Positions 10,958 to 20,416 of a stretch of DNA of 38,170 nt are shown piece after piece. Below the pieces are notes generated by a model. The model was not told where the DNA came from and ran no database searches. It was given only the letters and a program-made list of their open reading frames with translations. Position numbers and translations under genes: made by a program. The stretch comes from Perkinsus olseni. Lineage: Eukaryota. The stretch's first letter is position 1. The number at the start of each line of letters is the position of its first letter. The stretch spans positions 1 through 38,170 of the forward strand of contig JABANN010000333.1 in NCBI GenBank assembly GCA_013115125.1. Reading direction: 5' to 3'.

Positions 10958-12061
10958 TCACACCAACGTCCTTGGGCCCTGCAGCCAGACCGCCAGATCG
11001 CGCAGAGTGATGAACCGTCGCCCATCACAAATAGCGTTGAAGATGAGGCCGAGCTCCTCGGCAGCGAATACTATACCGGCGTTGTTACCTGAGCGGAATA
11101 ACGGCACCTGCCGGGATCGAACCTGGGCAGAGCTAACGCGCGATATTGTTGAATTCCTCTTGAGTAAGGCCCTCGCTCATATGGGAAAGAGCATTGTTCT
11201 TATATAGTAGAGACAGCTGCTCGGGGCTCTGGACCACCAGCTTCCGAGCCACCTGATCGGCAAGTCGATGGCCTCGTGCCTAGCTAGTCGCCTCTCACAG
11301 CATCGAGAGCTCGGGTCTTGGCCATTCCTATGTATGCTCCAGCACAACCGACAAGGAAAATACCGGGACCCAGGATGAGCCCAGCAAAGGGCCAGGCATC
11401 GTTGGTCCAAAGAGCTATGAAAACATGGATGCCTAGAAAGACGTACCTACTCGGAAAAATACCCGTGCTGGGGTTCGAACCCGAGACTTACCAGAAGCCT
11501 TTGCCTGTAAGCCTGGTGAGGAACTTCACATACCGACTGACGAAGGCTTGGTAAAACAGTAGCTAACAGAGAAAATCGTCATTGCGAAAAACCATCACGA
11601 ACGATTCAGACCCCTCGGGGCTTCACCGGTGCATCAACAACCAGCATGATGAGACCGAAGGCGAGGAGGTAGATGTCGTCTGTGAGGTCGAAAGGGGCGA
11701 ATTCTGTGAAGGCTGTGGTCAAGGTTGAAGATACCCCCGCCACTACTGTGCCTGAGTCCATGAGTTGATCAGGTGATCCAGGAAAGTTAGGCTCCTCCCG
11801 CTAACTCGGGAAATTCTGGCAGTTAGTCGACACTTTAAAGCACCGCGCAAACAGCTCACCCAGAGCAGCGAAGAAGAATGCCACCTCCAACTGCTGCAAA
11901 GCGGCACCAGCTTGATTTCCGACAACCTAAGTGGAAATCACCAGCAATTTGGATTACAGCTTTACCATAGGTGCCGGCATCCCTTCGCCGTAAGGGCGCG
12001 AGGCCATCAGTGGCTGATTCTCAGTCATCTGTTGCTGGTGCTGCTGATCGGGGATCGGCAT
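10958..12061 (-). CDS. COPI-associated/Tvp15-like membrane protein with a soluble, EF-hand-like C-terminal tail, multi-exon
   Basis: Not in the ORF track; assembled from short exons: DIYLLAFGLIMLVVDAP, YVKFLTRLTGKGFW|YVFLG (family pattern FL...GRG.FY.F.G), further TM segments, then GLTQEEFNNIAR...EELGLIFNAICDGRRFITLRDLAVWL. Confidence 0.65.
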
Positions 12062-12342
12062 GCTGACGAGTAGTACTCTGAGCGCTCACCCCATAGTTCC
12101 CCAACGCGAGACCAAGCACTGCTTGGCAAGCAGGTCACAGAAACGTTCTTTCATGCCGCATCCACACGCTTAGTGCCGCGCATCTCGAGGGTACTGTATA
12201 TCGACCCGCTGTAGGCCCCTTGCAGAAAGTTGGCCTCATTCAGTCTCGGGGCTGCTGTGGGTGGCTGCACCGTTATCGGCGGGAGTGGGTGTACTGGTCG
12301 GCTCTGAGATGCAATGAGGAGGTCGGCACAGGGCCGCCACGG

Positions 12343-15300
12343 TCACGACGAAGTAGGGAGATCTATGACGCCCATCAGAAAATAGCAGAAGATAATTTCC
12401 ACCACTAATGATTCAGAGTTGATGTGTTCGCTCGTGAAAATGCATGACAAAGCGGCAGTGTAGTGTTCGCCTACCGCGCCATCAATAGCAGCCATGAGGC
12501 ACTCCAGGCTGTGGGGCGAGAACTTCTTCTCGAGCAGCTCGCTGCGGAGTAGCTCTCCAACCAGGCCCTCCGTCACAGGCGGGGTGTTGTAGACGCTATT
12601 AGTGCGGCCTTTGGCGGATGCTCGGAGACGACCTGACCGTGCGAGTGCCATCAGCATACCGCTCGAAACTTCGGTATTTCCACGCTATATCCGCTCAGGT
12701 AGGGAAACCAAGAACGAGCTCTCACTCAATAACGAGCTCGCTCGCATGTGTGCGAAGAGGTACCCCAACTTCTCAGTGGCGCCCTCGGACACAGTCCACA
12801 TCCCTGCCTCGGCCGTCAAAGGATGGTAGCTAGGGGCTAGTTCGACCGGCGAGAACCTGGCATACGATTCGACGGCTTCTTCTCGTACACACCGTACGCT
12901 CTGGCAACCTCCTTCGCCTTGTTGCGGAGGTCCTCCACAGTGGCCGTGTCCGGGTCAAACTCACCAGAGTGCAGCACGCATATGACCGCTATTTCTCGAA
13001 GGGCCCTAAGGGAGGATGGAACAGCTCAATGGCCCGACCTTGGACGGCAAGTGACGCTTTCCTACCAGACGTAGAAGTAAACGTCTCGCCGGACTGAACG
13101 GATCTCATGCTCGCTAGGCACTCGGCCCCCATCCCGAGCCATGTAGCGGATGACCTGGGGGAGGAGTGGTACAGTGAAAGCGCAGTTTAGTGGCAGCGGC
13201 TACATCAGAGTCCAAAGCAGCCAGCTCGGCCAATGAGCCTGCTAGAGCCTTGGCGTCAAGTGGAAGATGGGCAGTCTTCTGAGAATGACAACACGTCGGT
13301 CGCTGCCGAGCTCAGACGACACTTTTATATCGCACACAGACCGGTGACGATCAGCACAGAGACAGCAGCCTCCCACAACGGCCTAGCTCGTTCTAACTCC
13401 GAAATCTCACTGGACAATTCTCTACAACGCCACGCGGTTGAAAATGCCTCTCTCACCGATTGTCCGAAGAGCATATGCATAGCGGTGCCCATCTGGTGAC
13501 CGAAGGATAGCACCTCCTCATAGTACAGCTTCCTGAGAAGGGACCACCTAACACTGTACGGGACAATGCGTATTCACCTCACTACGTTAACCTGAGGCCT
13601 CACGAAGTTGAGCTCTGTGAACACATGACCGTCACAGAGAGACACAGTGCTGGCTAGACCGGTCTTGTACTTCTTGCTACGAGCAAATACCCGCACGTAC
13701 CTGCTAGCCCGTGAATTTAGTGGCGCGTGACGGTGAGTCCTCACCAGTATCCGATGTGAGCGTTGGTAGCCGCATTCACCACATGCATAATCTGATATTG
13801 TCAACTAGAGCCGGCGGAGCGAAGCGGGTCCCCCCTACTTTAACATCCCTGTCCCAACCCTCGTGACTGAACGTGACGTTGTCGCTCTCGTCTATGAGGT
13901 CCACATTGAACAGCCTAGAGGCCAGCTCGCTATACCGCTTCAAAGCCGGGCCAAAGACCATATACTCAGCCAGTTGGCGTTGAAGTCGGTCTTGCCGGCA
14001 CATAGTGACGTAGAAGAGCTCATCGATGAGGTCCACATTGGTCGTGAGAGGCCCCTTCGGCTCCGGTGTGACCTTGCCGGCCATCGCTCCCAGTTTCAGT
14101 TGCTCTAGGCGCTTCACGAAGGGCACCAACAGCGGCAAACCGTCGTTCCAACAGTGCTGCAATACCCGCATCAAGTGGGCGTCATTGTGGATGCCCAACT
14201 GAGCGTTCTCCATCTCACCCCAGCTGGCAAAGCCAAGGGACTCGGCCACGCGTTTCCGAGCCTGCAGTACTGCTAGGATGCTTCGGTCGTGGGCCTCATT
14301 CTCGTAGAAATGCCTATGGTAGGCGTTAAAGATGATCTCTCTGGTCTTCCTATTATGACACTCGCCGACTACTCGATAATACGTAGCCCTATCCGCCTAA
14401 TGAAAAAAGTTGGAAAAATCGCTTCGCTCCGCTAGAACCTGGTTGCTTACCCTGAGACAGTAGCTATCGGTCCTATACCACACTCTAAAGTACCGCATAG
14501 CGTCCTCAGTGAGGCCTATGAGGTCCTTCTTCCTGAGGGGTACACCGCCTGTCGAGCTGAGACGCAGAGCCGAACCCGCCGGTACTTGAAGTAGTTCCTC
14601 TCTCCCTTCATCTTCTTATAAACCACCTTATGGCCCTTACCCATCGCCTTGAGTAGCTTCTTTGCCTGGCCTTTGGACTTCTCGTCCAACAACAACTGCC
14701 AGGCAGAGGATATACGTCACACCAGGCAGCCAGATGGCACTATAGGGCACTCCACCAGAGAGAGTCCAGCGACGAAGTGTTTTTTGGTAATACAGTTTAC
14801 AATCGGTGATCCGCTACCCTCCGAGACCACAGAGAACACTACCACCGAGCAACGCTGGCGCCCCGCTGAGACCACCCGTTGATACCTCTAGCAAGCGTGT
14901 ACCACTGAAGTGGCCGACCTCCTCCTTGCTTATTCTACCGCCCTTGAATAGCTTCCGCGTCACGTCGCACGAGTTGGATATCATCCAGCTGGACCATAGC
15001 CGCAAATACCGGCCACTGAAAACAGCGAACCTCTGATCAACAGCATTCAGCCAGCCAACAGCTACCCAGAGATGGCTGGGTTGGAGACCGCCTGGGCCTT
15101 CTCGACGTGGCGCATGAAGGCCAAGTACCTCTGCTTCAACTCCTTGTCCTCAGTAGCCTTACTGAGAGATCTCCTCAGGGAAAAATATCTGACAGTGCTT
15201 CGCTCCGCTGAGGCTTTATTGAAGGATGAGTAGTGTTGCATGAGGGGTCGCTCAACAAACCAATTCTGACACTCAGAATCGATACTGGAACCGCATTTTA

Positions 15301-15719
15301 CGCGCAAAAATCAATCCTAGAATCGATTCTGACATTCAGAATTACTTCATTCGGGGGGAATAGTTCATCCCTGCACGCCCACTAGCCTGGAAAGGTCCCC
15401 TAGTACTACTTCAATACCATCTTGCTCCCACTTCGCATTTGTCTGAGGTCCAGCGGCCCTTCAGCCCTCTCCCCTCGAGCAAAGGCTACTGTATTGAGGA
15501 TGGGATTGAATAACCGTATCCCTGGGAAGGCCACTCGCATGCCCTTCTCCATCACCGGCATGCCGACTGAAGTGGAACGCGACCTGTCGTCCTTCCGCCG
15601 TCCCCTAGACCAGTACGCTTGTTCCGGATGACACCGTCTCCGGGCCGGGCCGGGTCGAAGCCCATGCGCTTCAGCGTCTTCTGCTGCTTTGATAAGGCCC
15701 TCGCCACGGCATCACCCAT
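12343..15719 (-). CDS. Peptidase M3 family homolog (oligopeptidase A/mitochondrial intermediate peptidase-like), predicted catalytically inactive; ends approximate
   Basis: Exons encode CHNRKTREIIFNAY, ILAVLQARKRVAESLGFASW, ASRLFNVDL, WDRDVK, ELNFVRP and EEVLSFGHQMGTAMHMLFG (aligns to EVxTLFHEMGHAMH), in the expected M3 order. Confidence 0.75.
15262..15343. repeat. 22-bp inverted repeat pair (19/22 match) at the ends of a predicted 80-nt intron
   Basis: AATTCTGACACTCAGAATCGAT (15262-15283) versus the reverse complement of 15322-15343 (AATTCTGAATGTCAGAATCGAT). Confidence 0.85.
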
Positions 15720-15851
15720 CAGGTAAAGGGTTAACTACTAGGCAAGTCGAAGAGATCCTAGAAGAGCGCCGAAGGTATTGGGGCGCGCGCGATGAATTAG
15801 TTCCGTCGCGTTGAGAAACTGCAAGAGAGCAAGATTGCACAATCTTGCCCA

Positions 15852-17662
15852 ATGGTCTACGGTGACGATCATCCGAAGGAGTTTCCGGTAATGTCATCGA
15901 ATGCCATACCGATAGAAGTGCTTCGCTCCGCCTCCCGACCAGCTGCTTCAATGACGGTACGAGCGGGAGGAGACTGGACTGTGGAGGAGTTACTGTCCAA
16001 GGCTGGCTTGGATAAGGCAGAAGAAACCGTTATTGCTACTCGGAGTAGTATTGGCACCGGGGATCGAACCTGGGTGCTTCCTCACCTTCATTAGGTGTAT
16101 GGGAGTACTACAGGGAGCTAGAGGCCCGGAGCGCTGCGGACAGAAGCGTAAAGTGAACTACGGTGGCAGATGGGAAGAGTTTCATCTTATGCAGTCCTTG
16201 CGGCTTGCCGAAGAGAACCGTCGTCTCTCGGAGGAGGTAGTTCGGTTGGAGACCTTGCTACAGCGCAAGGCCGGGGAGACGTCGGTCGAGCAAGACGTAG
16301 TAGGGCAGAAACGGTCCTGATTTGGGATCGGGATGGTATGACGAATATGTGGACCTCAGGGTTCCGTGACTGCACCTAATAGTGCTCGGAGTCATTTGTC
16401 AAGGCGCAATAGTGTTACTTCGATGCTCAGCTACCAGAGCGAGGCGTAGGTCAATGCACAGACTCATTCGTACCAAATTTCTCACAAATCGTGACTAGGT
16501 ATATGGAGCATCAGGAGAGTGAGATCCTCCGACTTGACCAGGAGGTCAAATCTTTGAAAGATACCGTGAGTGAATCCTCCTGGAGATCTTCCCAACCTCA
16601 GTGGCCTCAGAATCGGAACCTTCACGATGAGTTGTCACGCATGCGGACGGACTTGGACAAGGCGAATTCTGATAATGTACAGTTGAAGCAGCAGGCGGCT
16701 GATCTACTAGCAGATAGGGACAGTCTTTTGCGAAGGCTTTCCAACGAATCTGCCGGAGCCCTACTGGGCGGCGGGAGTCCGGACTCGGCCGCTGGGGCGG
16801 AGACGAAGTCACCTGAGGGTGAAATGCCTCCACTCCGCTCGTATGTGGTGATGCACTTTTGATAGGGTCTTCGGCGGAGGGGAGCCTGCGTGTAACGCTG
16901 TCGCCAACGTCTTCCCCTCCTCGTCAACCTCCCCCTGCTTCCCCTGGGGGGTTCACTGAAGCATCCAGTCCTACCTGGTGTAGCAGTAATACCCCGGCCA
17001 TTGTCTTGGACGGGCTACTGCCGTACAGCCCCGACACCGCCGCTGGGGGTCTGGATCGAACAAGGACCGACGAGTAGGTGTGCAACTATGGACGGCTTTC
17101 GGGAGGGCCTCTTCAGTGTCGTCCACACGCTGACTATCAAAGTAGCCGAGCTAGAGCGCGATAAGGAGCAGTTGGTAGAACGTCTTAGTAAGGCCCTCGG
17201 AGGCGACCCCAGTACGTCACGGTAGGTCACCGTGCAGGGGGTGGTAGTGGCAGCGATGCCCCTCAGGCCCAGCTGCTCCCCCTCCTCGGTCGGGCGGTCC
17301 TTCGGTACATTCCCGTATCGTTGTCTGCCTTATTGGGAGTCTCATGTTCAGGCGCCTCGCTATGTGATGAGCTGACAGCGTTCCACAATGCTGAGAAGGT
17401 GGAGGAGCTAGAGGCGGAGTCGGATATGCTCCGGGACACTGTGGCACGATATCGGTCGTTAGTGCAGCGGAAGGTGGGCAAGGCCGGAGGGCAGCCCCTT
17501 GGTTTTACACACTCTGAATGATAGGTGTTGTTTCCGACTAATTTCGTGGTCGCCTTTCAGGACGAGTACCTTGCTAGGATCGTTGCGGTACTGCGAGAAG
17601 ATGCCGGCCAGAAGCAACGGCGGCCAGTGGGCGAGGCAGCAGGTCGCTTGAAGGGCCAGTAG
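15852..17662 (+). CDS. Hypothetical coiled-coil protein, multi-exon; start uncertain
   Basis: Successive exons with heptad-like E/K/L/R content (LAEENRRLSEEVVRLETLLQ, EILRLDQEVKSLKD, KVAELERDKEQLVERL, KVEELEAESDMLRD) separated by short GT-AG introns. Stop TAG at 17660-17662. Confidence 0.6.
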
Positions 17663-17689
17663 TAGTATAATTCACACTGTGTTTCTTAT

Positions 17690-17885
17690 CAGTACTTTTT
17701 ATCAAGCATGTATCAATGAACAACAGTACACGGGTTTGGTTGTGGTGGTCACGGTAAAACTGCTTCGCTCCGCTAAGTTTTTTGTCCCAGAAAAGGACGC
17801 AGCAGTAGTTTTACCCAAGCATGTATCTGGGAACAGTACGAGGGTTTGGTTGGGGTAGCAAGGGAGAAAGCTGCTTCGCTCCGCT
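17690..17885 (+). repeat. Degenerate direct duplication (period about 112 bp) in the intergenic region before the DGK gene
   Basis: 17690-17774 and 17803-17885 share CAGTA-TTTT, CAAGCATGTATC, AACAGTAC, GGGTTTGGTTG and CTGCTTCGCTCCGCT in the same order. Confidence 0.85.
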
Positions 17886-17916
17886 CAATCTCTCGTCTCA
17901 GAATTGAATTTATTCT

Positions 17917-19944
17917 ATGCCTATCGACTGGGTGTCTGTGGTGACCACGGTCCTGGTGGGGCTGGTCTCCATCTACCTCCTCCACAAAATTGCCAATGCG
18001 CGTTTTGCTTCCTACAAACAGCGTCTCAATCGGGACCGCATGACAGCCGTTGCGGGATGGCTCAAGGCCATGGCCTCGAGAGATCGTCCCTCGAGCAACC
18101 ATCGCTGGCGAGCCATCTTCTCCTGGGAGTCGCCTAAGATCTGTGACATATGCGGCAAGAGCATCTACGTGGCTGGCGAGACCTGGCGGCGAAAGGCCTT
18201 GGCGGCAGTGCTGGTCCCTTCGAGAGCGGAGCACCAGCAGCAGGGCTGTGAGTGCATCATCTGCGGCCAAGTGGCGCACTTTTACTGCGCTCACAGGCAC
18301 GCCCATCGCGTACCGTGCCGCTGGGACTTCACTGAGTATCCTCCCAAGCATCGCTGGTTGAGGGGCAACTTGCCAGCTGAAGCGATGAACTGCCAAGCTT
18401 GCTATAAACCGTGCAGTTCCGAGCAGGATTACCGTTGTGTTATGTGCCGCCGCTACGTCCATGGAGGGAAGTGCCGGGAGAAAATCGGTGCCAAGTGCGA
18501 CCTCGGCCCGCTAGGCTTCGCCTGTCTCAAGCCGGCCTGCTTTGTGGACAGGGCGTCCTCGACGCCCAAGGCGAGGACCCAGAGTGACGTTGATGGGGTA
18601 TTGAGCCCGAGGGCCTCTACTGAGTGCTCCACGCCTCTCCTGGCGGACACTGCCGAGCCGACGAGGAGCAGGTGGTCTATAGCGAAACTGAGTTTGGGAC
18701 TCTATAAACTGGTACAAGCCGTTAGGGGCCGTAGGAAGCCTTCATCACCCAAGGCAGCACCGCCGAAGGTCGAAGACCCTCCTCCTGTTGTCACTCCATC
18801 GTTCGTTGTCTCTCGGGAGGGCTGTCAGGCCTGTAGCACCACCAGCCCGGTGCTGTGTTTTATCAACCCTAAGAGTGGAGGGCTGCAGGGACGGCAAGTT
18901 CGAGATCTCCTTTACGGCACTTTGCACCCTAGGCAAGTCGTTGATGTTACCAAGCCGGGCCAGCCACGGTCGGCTCTGCTGGCCTTCAGCCCGATAGCGG
19001 ACTCCCTCCGAGTGATGGTGTGTGGTGGTGACGGTACCGTTGGGTGGATACTCGGGGAAATAGAGGCTGCCTACGGTCCGAAACAGTTCAGTAAAGTACC
19101 AGTGTCTATCATGCCTATGGGGACTGGCAACGACCTGTCGGCCATCCTGGGTTGCGGTCGAGAGATAGATCTTTCCGAGGTCTCCATGCGGACGGCGATG
19201 GCAGCCCACCCGGAAGGGCACCTCCAGCGCCTTGACCGGTGGAATGTTAAGTTTGACTACTACCGCCCTCACAACAGGATACGACGGTCCCTGTCGGCTC
19301 CTAGGTTGTATGGCGAGTTCATCGAGGATGAGGACTACACGGCTGGCCTAGACACGGCACTGCAGGTCCTCTCGCCTGAGACTGAGCGGAAGGTGATTAT
19401 TAACTACCTCGACATCGGTGCAGCGGCGAGGATTGCGGGGCAGTTCCATCACCATCGGGAGACCTTCCCGGAGCTATTCACTACGAGGTTCGAGAATAAG
19501 GTCCGCTATGGCGAGTTGGGCTTTGCGGATTTCCTCGGCGAGGAGCCTGTGTCTCTGAAGGACGTCTCTCTGGTGTGTGACGGCGTACCGGTCCAGCTGC
19601 CTTGTAATGGCGATCTGGCCGATATTATCATCGTTAATATACCTAGTTTTGCGGGAGCGGTGGACCTCTGGGGTACCACCAGCCCGCGCTCTCACGGCTA
19701 TCAGCGACAGAGAGTCGACGATGGCGTCATCGAGGTGGTGGCTGTGAGTTCCCTCTTCCACCTGGGCAAAGTCCAAGTCGGGCTCTCCTCGCCCTACGCT
19801 GTCTGCCAAGGCAAGCAGATCACATTATCGCTGTCCTCTGGGGCCCGGCTGCCGGCCCAGCTGGATGGAGAACCCTATACACTGCTCGGCCCCTGCGAGC
19901 TTACTGTCTCTCTTAAAGACGATGCTTTGATGGTTGAACGATAA
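17917..19944 (+). CDS. Diacylglycerol kinase (N-terminal TM, two C1 domains, catalytic and accessory domains), single exon
   Basis: Two Cys/His C1 patterns, FINPKSGG, VCGGDGTVGW, PMGTGNDL, LDRW, NIPSFAGAVDLW, DDGVIEVV and QLDGEP. Confidence 0.95.
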   Translation: MPIDWVSVVTTVLVGLVSIYLLHKIANARFASYKQRLNRDRMTAVAGWLKAMASRDRPSSNHRWRAIFSWESPKICDICGKSIYVAGETWRRKALAAVLVPSRAEHQQQGCECIICGQVAHFYCAHRHAHRVPCRWDFTEYPPKHRWLRGNLPAEAMNCQACYKPCSSEQDYRCVMCRRYVHGGKCREKIGAKCDLGPLGFACLKPACFVDRASSTPKARTQSDVDGVLSPRASTECSTPLLADTAEPTRSRWSIAKLSLGLYKLVQAVRGRRKPSSPKAAPPKVEDPPPVVTPSFVVSREGCQACSTTSPVLCFINPKSGGLQGRQVRDLLYGTLHPRQVVDVTKPGQPRSALLAFSPIADSLRVMVCGGDGTVGWILGEIEAAYGPKQFSKVPVSIMPMGTGNDLSAILGCGREIDLSEVSMRTAMAAHPEGHLQRLDRWNVKFDYYRPHNRIRRSLSAPRLYGEFIEDEDYTAGLDTALQVLSPETERKVIINYLDIGAAARIAGQFHHHRETFPELFTTRFENKVRYGELGFADFLGEEPVSLKDVSLVCDGVPVQLPCNGDLADIIIVNIPSFAGAVDLWGTTSPRSHGYQRQRVDDGVIEVVAVSSLFHLGKVQVGLSSPYAVCQGKQITLSLSSGARLPAQLDGEPYTLLGPCELTVSLKDDALMVER

Positions 19945-20416
19945 TAGCATTTCTGACTTTCATTTTGACTGTCTAGTGATGTAATATTATACACCTGTGT
20001 TAATGGCCTTGGCTTGAGCATGTCATTCAATCAGAGGGCGATACTGCCAGGGTCTTGATTGGGACAAGTGTTACTTCTGCCCGTTCCTGTGGACTCACCC
20101 GGGTTCAGTTCCTGGTTCCGACATCGGTATGGCCAAACAGTCCTAAGTGGGTGACAATGAAAACCTTCATTCACCGACTGAGATATGACGGCCTTCATAA
20201 GACTCTTTTTAGTAGTGCTCTTGACTGATATTGATTTTATAGGGACTAGGCCTTCAATCTTCGGATGATGAGGCTTCCGGGAGTTACTAGGAGGAATTCG
20301 GTGGAGTGCGGTGAGAATCTTCGCATGTTCATTGGCGCATCTTTGCGCACGCGTGCACATGTCGCACGGGCCCGATGTCTTGTTTTTGATTGTTTTTACC
20401 ACCGCTCACACTCTAC

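Larger units (their letters stand above)
13814..17884. repeat. Dispersed exact 12-mer GCTTCGCTCCGC (six copies here, a seventh at 31784-31795)
   Basis: Copies at 13814-13825 (minus), 14421-14432, 15197-15208, 15920-15931, 17762-17773 and 17873-17884. Confidence 0.9.

Noticed and set aside
11461-11490. GGGTTCGAACCC resembling a tRNA T-arm or B-box
   Set aside because: No cloverleaf can be built around it, and it lies in a short intron of the membrane-protein gene.
17773-18462. 229-aa antisense ORF, and similar shadow ORFs opposite DGK, kinesin and CFAP57
   Set aside because: They overlap well-supported genes on the other strand, have no domain features, and are expected in GC-balanced coding DNA.
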